The notes beneath the pieces are model-generated. The model saw only the letters and a program-made list of their open reading frames with translations. It was not told the DNA's origin and did not search any database. Positions 26,047 through 38,465 of a DNA stretch of 64,000 nt are shown here, piece after piece. Positions within the stretch are counted from its first letter, which is position 1; every line of letters begins with the position of its first letter. A program made the translations under genes and the position numbers. The DNA lies in assembly GCF_001194135.2 (NCBI RefSeq), contig NC_068988.1, positions 36,253,811-36,317,810 on the forward strand, written 5' to 3'. The stretch comes from Octopus bimaculoides (lineage: Eukaryota).

Positions 26047-28193
26047 ATATTTCAACCTTACCCTAGCTAAGAAATTATTTATGCTCCTCCCCATTATTCC
26101 TGGCCAAGACAGCATCATGTATTTATGTCATTTAGGATCTTATCTCTTTTTCTATTTTTAGGTTTTTTCTTATTCCCCTTTTACGTTACTTCTTTTATTT
26201 CCTTTTTTTTATTTCTCCCATTTCTTTATCCCAATTCCTTTATTTCCTATATTACCTTATTCCAACCCTACTAAACCTTTTATATGCATCTTACTTTATT
26301 ATCCGTATTTTTTCTTATATTTCCCTCGATTTGACTTCTATTATTTTTGTATTTTATCTTTTATTTTATATTGTTTTTTTTATTCGTATTTTATATTGTG
26401 TTAGCCTCTAACTTCTTTCTTTCTTGATCCTCTCTTTCTATCTCATATACGCTAGTTATATTTCATTTATCATTCACTCTACTCTGGATTGTGGTACAAT
26501 ATGGAAAGATTTTTGAATACCGAGGAACTTTTATGGAGATATAACAATTTAAAGGATAAGCATATTACAATAGATAAAACTAAGAGAACTTTTTTTTCCT
26601 CTTTCTCTCTCCTTTTCTTTTTTCTTTGTGATTTTTTCTTTGTGATGTAATCTGGGACTGAATATGTTTGCGGCTGAAGATAGCTTTAGACCATACTTTC
26701 TATCAATTATATACTCATATAATGATGCAACGACTGTTTGTGTATAAAGCTTGAAACACGTGTACCGCGGAGTACTTTGTGTTCTATTTTCATTTTACGT
26801 TTGAATATATGTGTGTGTGTGTATGTGTGTGTGTGTGTGTGTGTGCGTGCGTGTGTGTATGTATATATTTGTTGATCTTATTATCATGGAACAGTACACA
26901 CACACACACACACGCCCCCCCCCCACATATATATATATATATCGAAAGACATATAGACAAACAACGAGCACTATTCCGTGATGGTAAGATCAACGAAAGA
27001 GTAGTCCATGTGGTGAGACATTGATATTATTTAATAAACACAATATAAATCTTAACGAGCTACAATTAGTTTCATGCAATGAAGAACTACTCTGACACCA
27101 TTTTTTAAGACGCCTGGTGTTTACATGTAAACCTCAGGTTGTGCCCAAATGGCATAACGAAAAAAGACAAGGAGAATGTACATGTAAAAGGTGGCAGGTT
27201 GAAAAACCCGCAAAGTAAAAAGAAAACAGAAAAATGCAAAGGAGGGTAATTAGAATTATGTCCCCATTCACCGTAAATTTATAACGCTGACAGAATAGCA
27301 GCCTAGAGTCTGAAGTACGCTTGCTCAATCTGGAGAATGTGGCAGTTTCCAATACGCCAACAGGAACTTTTCTATATGTTTACTACCGTTGAAAATGTCA
27401 GATTTGGAATTCGAGAGTGCGGTACAGTTCCTAGACGGGAAAAGGATCCTTGTTCTTTCATTATTTTGATCCGTTGAGATATGGCGTGTGCGTTCGGGTT
27501 CGTGGGTTTTGGGGTGTTTCAATGTATTAGTGTATTTGTATTCTCGAATCTGTATGCGTGTAGAAGTGTTAAATGCATTATTGATGTACAGGTATGTCAA
27601 CCTTCGAAAATAATGTAGAAATTCCCGGAGAAGAAATAAAAGATATTGTGACATATCAATTACCCCTAATTTTGATCCAGTTTTCACGCAAAGAAATTGA
27701 GGCTAGCTGTAAGCTTGTCACCAGTCTGTTTTCGTTTTATATCCCTTAAGTGCGATTTGTGTGGTACATTTAGGTTGTGAGTATTGTGGAAGGTGAGACT
27801 GCGTGGAGGTAGGTGGGCATCTATAAATCTGAAGGTTATACATTCTTGAGAAAATACTGCATACAAGACGAAAATAGGAGGCATGTCAATATGTGATAGA
27901 GAAAAGTGAAAAAATTAGAGCTTTGGTTGTATTTAGTAAATGGAACAATTCAGGGTTCTGCTGCGTAAATACTGTAAGCATACTTTTTTTTTTGTTATAA
28001 TCAAATTTCATTTTTCTTGGTAGCTGAATTCACATTCCGGAAACGTCGTAGCATCGACTACTGTTTGAGGCATCTTCTAATACTTGCGATTAAACATCTT
28101 GCTTTGATAAACAAAGTCTGTACCACCCTGTTCCAAATTTATCAAAGTATGATATATATATGTATATATGTATGTATTCGTATACATATGTAA

Positions 28194-28246
<53 letters not shown>

Positions 28247-28649
28247 CATATTTACGTACAAACATACACATGTATAAAGAGAGAGATATATAGATAGATA
28301 CATTGATACATACATACATACATACAGGCATGCTATATATAATGTAATCGTGCGTGCATCTATGTATATGTATGTATCTATGTATATATTTATCAATGTA
28401 TGTTTGTACGAATGCGTGTATTTAGTATCTGCTATTAATGAGATTTATTCGTCTACTGATAAAATTCATCAAATTTTTATACGCAAATATATTTCTACAT
28501 ATATATCTAGATGTGCATCATAATTCGGTGGTAGACACATTAATTTCTAAACAGTTTTCACGTATTAATCACTAAGATCAAATTTATAATGTTGTAATCC
28601 TTTTCTCAGCTAGCAATAAGAGCGACAATAATGTGAAATAAAAAATAAC

Positions 28650-28680
<31 letters not shown>

Positions 28681-28703
28681 AAAATAATATTAATATTTTA
28701 GTA

Positions 28704-28726
28704 TTATTTATTATTATTATTATTAC

Positions 28727-28807
<81 letters not shown>

Positions 28808-28930
28808 CCTTTTTACAGAGGAGGAGCAAGATGATGATGTTGATGATGATGACCATCATGAGCATCATTATCATCATCAGTAGCTGCAGCAGCACCAGCA
28901 GTAGAACTTGGAACAGCGTTCTGAGCAGCA
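28704..28930. repeat. Compound (TAT)n/(GAT)/(CAT)/(CAG) microsatellite
   Basis: Direct reading. Confidence 0.92.
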
Positions 28931-29294
28931 GTAGCGACTATAGATAAAATAAGAACATTAATTCTGAAGATAATGATATAAAGATACCCATATTCTCCGA
29001 TTTTCTCAATATCATGTAATTTTTTTTAATGTATTCATATGGTTGCGATGTATTCGTAACGTTTACTTCTGGAATATATATTCCAGAGATTCGAGGAAAA
29101 GTTTTATAGAAAAATAAATGGAAGGCAAATCCGGAATTAATGAATATATCATTATAGAATATGTTATAACACTGTGTAAGACAATATTTGTCTTTGGGTA
29201 GCAACTGTTGCTCTCTAATTTCCTTTCGCCTAGAAATTATGAACATTGTGTAACATTTCCTTCAGACTTTGCTTTTGTTACAATTATTCAAACT

Positions 29295-29450
29295 CCACAT
29301 AATTCCTCACGACACAGCTATGATGTTCCTCCACTACTCCTACCCATGATCAGAGATGTTCATCATGTAAAACAACTAAGGGGCTTGCTAAAGTCGTTAA
29401 GGTCAAGCAACAGACAAGCAAATCTGTGGTATTGAGTCGAATATTTTCTA
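29295..29450 (+). mobile_element. Fragment of a dispersed repeat family (longer copy at 59600-59975)
   Basis: Shared gctatgatg(t/c)tcc..tgatcagagatg..ttaaggtc..gacaa..atctgt(g/t)gtattgag..gaatatt. Confidence 0.75.
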
Positions 29451-29499
29451 TAACAATATTATTATAACATTTGTTATAACGGGCAAATCAAGCAGTATC

Positions 29500-31172
29500 T
29501 AAACGGAACGTTCAGAGGTTGATTAGAAAAAAAATCAGCCAGATCACAGTCGCCCTTCTACGTCAGCAAAGGATTCTGAATTGATAGCGTTTTCATCAGG
29601 GAGTGAATCTGGAAATAGATCAGCAGGCGAATATGAAGTTTTTCCAATTCCATTTTCCATGAAGCGAAAAGACTCAGCAAAAACGTAAGTTCAAAAGATC
29701 AATAAACTAAAGAAATACCCAGAACTAGCTTCTGCCTCTGGTCGCACCGTTGTGTCAGACCGTACTGCTGATCTTCTTACAAGTTCGGTCACCAGCAACT
29801 TAACGGCAAGGACATCTGGTGAATGATCTTTCGTTATAGACAGATCGAAGGTAAGGCTGAAACGATCCATCAAACGTAAATCCCAGCAGCAGGAATGCCA
29901 CACAAACCCTTATCTGCTGCCGTGTATTTTGATGGAAGGATGGAAACAACCCTCATAAGTGAACAAATGGTAAAAAAATTTCGTAAGAAAATGATTGAAG
30001 AATACATTTCATTGATAGAAGAACTTGAGTCCTGCTATCTTCGGGGTTTTGCTGTTAAAACGGGTTCTGCAAAAGTCATTTCCAATGGTTTGTTGAATTA
30101 TTTGGAGACCAATGTGATAGTAACCAATCACATGATAGCTGTAGGTTGCGATGGTACTGCAATCAGTACAGGACCTAAAGGAGGCGCCATGAGACTTTTG
30201 AAGGATAAACTGAAGAAGGCATTGCTTTGGTTTGTGTGTCAGATCCGCGCAAATGTGCTTCTATTGAGCCATCATATTAACGTTCACGACAGGAAAACTA
30301 CCGATTCTTGGGCCGATTGATAAGAGACTGAAACGATGTGAAACACTAAGTGTTGTGAGATTTAATGAGATTCCAACGGACTTACCATCAGTAGACAGAA
30401 GCGATCTCATCACTGATCAAAAATACATACTTGATATCCACCAGTCTATTTCTGAAAGGAAATATTCATCTGAAATGGCATTAAGGAATCCCGATAAAAT
30501 TGCGCATTCTCGATGGTTTACGTATGCTACGGTTGTATGTTGCCACCGAGAATCCTTCTAACACAATGAAATTAATTGTTGATTACATAATGAAAGTTCA
30601 TGGGACAATGTGGTTCGCAATTAAGAGCATCTCTTCCACAGACAATTGGGCTCTAAATGTGTTCTTAGGCGATTGAGTATTCGAGAGAAATGGATCAAGC
30701 GGTATAAGACATTGTACGTCCAACGAATGCTTTCCTTGCGCACCTACAAAATATTTTACTGGTCGTGATAAATGAGGAACGAACCATATTCGAGAACTAG
30801 CATGGAGACGCATAAGGCAAGTTCGAAGACAGTATAAAGGGAAATCTGTGCAACCTTTCAAAATTCCTATCCTAGACTTTGCTGCCTCAAGCTACATGGA
30901 CATAATTAACTGGCAAGACACTATTGTTACTGAACCATCTCTAACACAGGCATTTTACGCGATGGAGAAATTGATACCTTTATTCAACAGCGGCATTTGA
31001 TTCAACTGGAAAAATTACCGTGCCACAGCTGTGGAGTGATGTGTAGAACTCGTGACAGAAGCATCATCTAATATTTGCGGTGAGAGCAGTCGAGACGGTT
31101 TCATTAGGAATCGAATCTTAACAAGAGAAAAATTCAGGTCTTCGAGACAAAAAAAGGACTTCAAATTGAATA
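29500..31172 (+). mobile_element. Degenerate cut-and-paste transposase, hAT-superfamily-like (hATm-like assignment tentative)
   Basis: VIDRSKVR; VYFDGR..EEYISLIEE..GSAKVISNGLL..IAVGCDGTAISTGPKGGAMRLL..LLWFVC..ANVLLL; TDQKYILDI..RNPDKIAHSRW; WFAIKS; FKIPILDF..INWQDTIVTEP; VTEASSNICGESSRDGFIRNRI. Multiple stops and frameshifts; TIRs not found. Confidence 0.75.
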
Positions 31173-31914
31173 ATAATACACCAATAATCAATTAGAATTA
31201 TTTAGTTTTAGCTATTTTGAACATAAAAAACAATTAGCATTTTGTCGTTTTAGGAATTTCTGAAGCAACAAATCTTTGACTGTTCCATTCTTTATTTCAG
31301 AGTGAGATGCTAATTCTCGTCTACGAAAACAATTAATTGGCTTTATTACTGGAACGAAAAGGAATGCACTACAATGATTCGTATTATTTAGTTACATGGA
31401 ATTATTTCGAATAAATTCGAATTGCTAATTATTTTTATCACCAAAATTTGTCAAGAACCAAAAATTGGTTTACATGTAGTTTTATTCTAATGTGTGTAAT
31501 CTAGACCTCATATAACACATATATTCGGTGACCTTGTATTAAGAAGAATAAAGAAAATAAAGACTAAAAGTCTATTTATTGCACTTAATTTCGAAATTTC
31601 AAGTGAGTTGCGGATCTTGAAGATATAAACATTAGTGTTTGAGATTTTAACACTGTTTTTTATAAAAGATTTAGCAAAAGAAAATCGATTCGTAATAATC
31701 AATGTAAAAAAATAAAATGGGGAACCACAAACGTGGTATGAATTGATTTCTCGCTCATTATTCAAAATTTCATATGGGTTGCGGAATCTGAAGATGGAAA
31801 TTTAAGAACTTTAAATTTTAACACAGTTGCTTCGAAGAAAATTTGCAATAGAAAATATATTTTTAAGAACATATTTCGAAAATCTGTGTAAAACGTACCT
31901 TTTTCGCTCCAACT

Positions 31915-33130
31915 TACGGTATACCCTTAGGAAGTGCTGCAGGATGACTTCGTCTGTGATTTCTTTGTTTGCTTTTCGCAAAGCTCTTTTAAAAGTGACC
32001 AGAAAACGCCCTGCCTTTCCATTTGATCTGGAATAAGGCGCTGTCATTTTATGTTCTACCCTGAACATTTCGCAGAATTTTCTAAATTCACTGGACACAA
32101 ATTATGTTCCATTATCAGATACAATCACGTCTGGGATGCCAAATCTTGCGAATAAATCGTGCAAAAAATTTATTAGTTTCGGAGTCTTCTGCACTTAACA
32201 ATTTCCGGCCATTTTGTAAAACTGTCAACAACTACTATTTAACAGCCCCCCCCCCCCCAACAATCGCTATGTAGACTTAACCATGGACTTTTTACTTCTG
32301 GCAAAGATTTTTTTGTTTGTTTTTGTTTCAGTTTCCTGCAGTTTCTTGTAAATCACGGATCTCTTTCTCTCGGAGGCGCAATTGATCCAACTGAAGGAGA
32401 AGAAATAGTAAACTGACTGAATTCTCGCTTGTTATACATGGGTTTATCTCCTGCTGTATATCGTGTTTTTTGTGAAACACTTTATCCGTCTCCGACTCTT
32501 TCATGCCGGTTTTATCTCTAAACAATCTCTGCATTGAATTTCTTCTGTGTCGTGCCTTACTTTTAATATCATATCACCCTCTACTGACAGTTTCTGGAGA
32601 GTTATATCCCTGTTCATTTTCAGCTTTGCAAGAATTTTCGTTCTGACTTCACCGTCGTTTTTAACAGTAATTCCTTGAGCAAAAATCAGGCACTGGAACG
32701 AGTCTGGAGTTCGTTTATCTAGTTTAAATCTCTCGCACTCTCTGTTCACTCTACCCGCATATGTTGTAACGTCTTCCTCATCGCTTTTCCCGGTGTTCAA
32801 ACACTTCCAACGTATGTTGAACAACGATGTTTTTTCAGTAAACATCCTGCATAAGATGTCAACTGTATCTGTGAACTTTATGTTAGAAACTTCTTTAGGC
32901 AATAAAAGTATTTTTCGTGCTCTGTCGCACCCAATTTCTCATAATTCGATGCGTTTTCATTTCACCTGTCCAGTCTTGGCATTTTTGCCTCCTTCTTCCG
33001 GGTCACATTTAAATTCATTTATTGAATTTGTTACATGGTCTAGGGAAAATGTATTTTCCGGTTTTGTTACCAACTTCATTAGTTGTAGCATTTGTTTCTG
33101 TAACATACATTTTCTTGATGTTCTTTGAGT
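31915..33130 (-). mobile_element. Ty3/Gypsy LTR retrotransposon relic: gag-like region plus integrase core, RT absent
   Basis: Integrase: LHDLFARFGIPDVIVSDNGT*FVSSEFRKFC..TAPYSRSNGKAGRFLVTFKRAL. Gag-like ORF 32501-32902: FTEKTSLFNIRWKCLN..YAGRVNRECERFKL..FQCLIFAQG. Confidence 0.85.
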
Positions 33131-33934
33131 TGTTTTTGCAACTCAACTAAACCCACTAACAAGTTTTCCGTGAATTTACGGACTTTCCCACTTGTCACGT
33201 GGGGAGGGATATACCATTTGACAACAACAAAAATAGGCATTCATTTCTGAATTTACCGTCACAATAAAGACTTTTCAGTAAACTTTCCCCCAAAAGAAGT
33301 AAACTTGAGTATGTATAATGTTGATTAGTTCACAATGGCAACCGTTCAATGTGTTTGAAATGCTTATATGCCTTGAAAGTTGCTATTTACTTAAACATAA
33401 TACGAATTGCACTTTAGATATGAAATGAGAAGTATATGTTGGAAAGCATCTTAGGATTAACTTCTTTCACATATATAGGCAATAACCTATTTTGCATAAT
33501 TAAAGCGAAGCCCCGCGTCTGTGGTTGATCTTGGTGTTACTATTGTTGACAGCACATTACATTGGATCAAATATAGTAGAGTTCTATAAGCGAGGACAGT
33601 ACAAACGTGAGCATTTCTTCCATTATTAGACGTGTACGGATTCGAATTACTACATAAAATATACCGTTTCATTTTTCAACATATATATTAATATTAATCA
33701 AAAAGATGCGGTAACTGATATTTGTGGAAATGTAAAGACAATATGGAAACCCCCTACCTGCATTCTTCTATATGAAGTGCAAATTAGATGTTATTCTTTT
33801 CGAACGATACATCGTATTCACTAAAAATGACATATATGTAAACAAAAACAGCATGTACTTAACAAATTTGCTCAGTCGCCGTTCATACATACATATATAC
33901 ATACATACTACGTACGTGTACCTACGTATATACA

Positions 33935-33991
<57 letters not shown>

Positions 33992-35042
33992 GTATACATA
34001 CACACAAATATACATATATAACTTTATACATATATGTTTACATACATTTTTATATAATATAATATAATATAATATAATATAATATAATATACGATTTTCT
34101 GTCATTGATTTGTGTGTAAAACTAAGCAAGTGAAAATGTAAACAAATATATTTACCGTAACATTTTCATAGATGAACATTTGTCTTGTGAAAATATTTTT
34201 GCACTTTTACTTTCATAAATAGATATATAATATAAATATTTATGCCATACGTTTAACAGTATCAAACTTCATTTATTCAGAAAATGTTTGTGTGTGTAAG
34301 CGTACAAAAAATTACTGCATATTCAACGCTTTCTTATTTCCACTCGTAATGTGAATTTTTTTAACATTATTAGTACGACCCATGTTCAAATCTCCGAAAA
34401 CGCAATGTAAACCACTTAAAATAGATGAAAATTTAAGCGAGAAATTTCTCCAAGTAATGAAAGAAATCAGTAAAACAAAATTCCATCTTAGCACTAGAAC
34501 TTTCATGGATTTACCATACAATATACAATGGAAGAAGAAAAGAGATTGAATAAATCTCATATCACTAGCAATGCAAAAAAATTGAGATAGTGCTCCAACG
34601 AAAACAAATAAAGAATAGTTCACTACATACAGAAATATACCCAAAATAAACCCAGTTCTCTGATAAAATGACGAATAAGCTATGTTTGGCTTAAGAACTT
34701 TAAGATCAGAGAATTCATATTTTGGAATACGATATAAAACCATTTGAAAGCAGAAATATACGAACCTCTTATAACTTCGACCTCACTGAACTTATAGTTA
34801 CTTCAACTCAGTCCAGTACAGGAGAACTTGAACGATACTAAGTAAATCTGGAGTCAAATATTATTCCTTGATACAGATTTTTGCATTTATTCATTGAAAT
34901 GGCTTTTATACTAAAAATTTGTAGAATAAGTGATTATTTCTTTTTTGTTAAGTGGATGTGAAATCTTGTGAGAACACACCAATATATCTATAATAAAAAT
35001 GTAATGTGAAAATCATTTTGTATTTTCATTTGATGTTACACG

Positions 35043-35087
<45 letters not shown>

Positions 35088-35119
35088 ACACACACATATG
35101 TACATATATGTACATATAT

Positions 35120-35179
<60 letters not shown>

Positions 35180-35181
35180 TA

Positions 35182-35404
35182 CAGTAATCCCTCACCATAT
35201 CGCCTTTCACCTATCGCAGCTTATTATTTAAGCTTTCGTCAATTCCTTTGTGGTGTTTTTTTGCATTTATAATAAAATATATATCTATACAAATTGTGAA
35301 AGTAATCAAAAAAATATACAGTACAGTGCTGTTTCTACTTCGTGGATTTTCACTTAGCGCGGGTTTTTTGGAACGTAGCACCCGCGATAGTCGAGGGATC
35401 ACTT
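35182..35404. mobile_element. pogo/Tigger-type MITE, in reverse orientation relative to the copy at 52231
   Basis: TA-cagtaatccctc..atatcgc left end and cgcgatagtcgagggatcact right end. Confidence 0.8.
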
Positions 35405-35507
35405 TATTTCATTCTGATGTTAAAATATGACTTGTTTTATTCACACAAGCGTATAATATGAATCAATATGTAGCGCATCTTAAAATTTTAATTATTATTC
35501 GTAATAG

Positions 35508-35551
<44 letters not shown>

Positions 35552-35594
35552 TCACCCTCACACACACGTATGTATATATAAATATGTATATACA

Positions 35595-35859
35595 CGAGGT
35601 GGTGTGAAAAATTCCTAGCTTTGGGTAAAAGGCAATACAGCAGGATCAGTTAATTATGATTTTATTCAACCTACCCCCCCCCCNNNNNNNNNNNNNNNNN
35701 NNNNNNNNNNNNNNNNNNNNNCCCCCCCTCTTAGATTCAAACACTTATTGCAGCGGCAACAGTCCTTCAGTCTTTATAAGGTCTTTAAAAGACTTCGGAA
35801 GGTTGGGCGTCCAACCAGTACTTTCACGATACTCTTGAAGCCGGGAACAGTTCAGCATC
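35595..35859. mobile_element. Mariner-derived MITE containing an N gap; related to 44703-44897
   Basis: cgaggtggtgtgaaaaattcctagcttt..aagccgggaacagttcagca; internal tcggaaggttggg..caaccag shared with the 44703 copy. Confidence 0.8.
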
Positions 35860-35864
35860 AAAGA

Positions 35865-36128
35865 TCTGATATCTCTCTGAGCATTATTCAGTTGCGTGGA
35901 TAATGGGAACAGGGCGATACATAATAGTAATGGTGATTATGTGTCAGGATGAAAGATACCAAAGGCGATATTGATGTCTTTTGAGGTGTTATATTCTTGT
36001 GTATGGTTTAAAACGAGGATGGTTCTCCATGAATTATGATTACTTTTAAAAAGTTCATAATTGTTGGAGCTGTCTCGTAAATTTGCAGGGCCTTGATGGT
36101 CCATGTATGGAGGGCACTGTCAAAAGCC
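35865..36128 (-). mobile_element. R4/Dong-type RT fragment
   Basis: KAFDSALHTWTIKALQIY and GIFHPDT*SPLLLCIALFPLS (degenerate IFQGDSLSPLLFC motif). Confidence 0.75.
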
Positions 36129-36156
36129 TTATTATTATTATTAGTAGTAGTAGTAA

Positions 36157-36240
<84 letters not shown>

Positions 36241-36278
36241 CATCATCATCATTATATCTTGTTTTTAGCATTGAGCTC

Positions 36279-36354
<76 letters not shown>

Positions 36355-36357
36355 TTT
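36129..36357. repeat. Compound (TAT)n/(TAG)n/(CAT)n microsatellite
   Basis: Direct reading. Confidence 0.95.
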
Positions 36358-36781
36358 ATCGTTATATTTTAAAAAGGATTGACGTAACTCTTCACAAAGG
36401 TAAACAGTTAAGACGAAGAGCGCGATTCGATTGTAAGATATTTGATTAGTTGAACGAGATTTCAACAGTACGTCTGTCTTTGTCAAGATGAATATAAGAA
36501 GTGATAAAAATCCAAAATTACAGAAATTTAAACGTAAACTATGAACGAGAACCACCAGCGTTCACACGTTGATGGAATGACATCATCAGTTTTTAAGTTA
36601 CAATTTTATAACAGGCGAAAAGAAAATGACAGAAGAAAATAGAAAAAGGAAGACAACAGAAATAAAGGAAAGAAAAGAGAAAGAAGAATATCTAATCAAA
36701 CAGTTTTGTATAAATTTGATGATATTCTCCGGTCATTTTATTCATTCCTCCAGGGCTTGATGTTAATAACCCACAAACATA

Positions 36782-37361
36782 TTACTCCTCACACATTCTG
36801 AGAAGTGAAAGTGGAGCAGATTCAGAATATTTTCTGAGAATATGCACTTTTAAGTCTTCTTCAGGATTGCAGCAGCTTGAAACGAAATGTTCAGCAAGTT
36901 CTGTCGAACTACTGTTATTGTGCCTGACGTCGAATCTGTGCCCATTAAACCTTTTGTTTAATTGTTCTGTTGTGCAACCAACATAAATTAAGTTGTGTTT
37001 CGTGCATTCTGCAACGTACACCAAATGGGAATCTTTACATGTTCCCTCCTTCTGTATAAATCATAACATTTCTGTTATGATTTCTGATGGAATTCACTTC
37101 ACTCATCTTGTTGCACAATGAACAGGGCTTTCTTCTCTTGTGGCTGTTCTTTAAGGTACAGCGTGCTGATACCCCAATGTTCGTTTTCTTGGAGTCAGAT
37201 ATATAGGTCAGTAATTCTCTTATATTCTGATTCCGTCTAAAGGCTACAATGGTCGGCTGAGGAAATATCTGTTTGAAACGAGGATATTTATTCGCCACAT
37301 GCTGATAACTTTCATGCAACATTTTTGAAATGCCAGCGAAATGTCGGTGCCAGCTAATCAC
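36782..37361 (-). mobile_element. Penelope-like element C-terminal region with GIY-YIG endonuclease; one frameshift
   Basis: FPQPTIVAFRRNQNIRELL..C..RRKPCSLC is followed, after a +1 shift near 37040, by TCKDSHLVYVAECTKHNLIYVGCTTEQLNKRFNGHR..LAEHF. Confidence 0.87.
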
Positions 37362-37494
37362 TAAAGGAATTCTATTATCTATTGTATTGTGTTTGCTAAA
37401 ATTATACGTGTAGTTTCACTATATTTGCTAATCTTAGCTATTTCATTTGCTATTTCCTTTAATCGTAAATCGTCCACAGCCAGCAGAGTAAGAT

Positions 37495-38465
37495 GGCACT
37501 TGTTTACTGGTTATGCTTCAAGAACCCTGCGAAGAATTCTTGCAGTTCCAAGTAATGCTGGTTTTTGTAGGTTTTCCACCCTCACACTACTATCAGTCTT
37601 TTTGAGCCATGTTGGTAGTTGAGTGCTGATACTTCCACGTACGCCAAATAACTATAATATCACGTCTATTCTCCTCATTGACCACAACCTTCGTATTTCT
37701 AACTTCAAATCATCATAGTTGTTTATTTTTTCTTCTTACTCTTTGATCTTGTGGTCTCCGAGACATGCTATGTCAATTATCGCTGTCTCCAATATTACAC
37801 TTTTCTGAACATGTTTTACCCTCATGTTGATTCCATCAAACCTGGTTGCTAATGCTACCATTACCCTCACAACTACGAGGATGACAGTTACTTTCATCAG
37901 TGCCCACATTGGTGAATTTTGTCTTTTCGTTTCTTGTATTTTTCAATTTTCACAGTTTTGTCACCCACACGTGCTTACCCTGGTATGGCAATATTTATGA
38001 TCTTGGTTTCCCTCTTTTTATGCACTACAACAATTTCTGGTGTCCGAGCCTCTATCACTGATTGACATTGGATCGTAAAATCCCATACAAACTTATATTC
38101 ATTATTTTTTATGAAGCCTTCTGTTATATGTTCTTACTATTTCCGTGTTCTTTCAAGAGCTTACTTCTCACACAGTCTCCAGTGAACAGACTTACCCACA
38201 TTATCGTTCCTTATATTGCATTATATTTGGACCAGTTGGCTACACGCACAATACGTGACATTGTTTCGTTTGTTTCTGTCACAGATCTGACAAAAGAGCG
38301 ATTCCCTGATGTTATCTATTTGGAACTTGGCGTAATTATTTCTCAGAGCTTGTTACTGGGCACAGCATATCATTGCCTCAGTAAATCCTTTCAGATCACT
38401 TTTCCTTAGCCGTGGACACCTCTAGGTGTTAGTCTTGTTTTCCTCTTCAATTCCTCTAAGGTTTT
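37495..38465 (-). mobile_element. R4/Dong-type LINE 3' part (zinc-finger region and restriction-like endonuclease)
   Basis: KSDLKGFTEAMICCAQ*QALRNNY..CQIC..DNVGKSVHWRLCEK; IACLGDHKIK..YDDLKLEIRRLW..LQKPALLGTARILRRVLEA*. Confidence 0.85.

Noticed and set aside
26715-26775. GAAACACGTGTA with flanking tactc/gagta as a hammerhead
   Set aside because: No recognisable CUGANGA core or stem II remains
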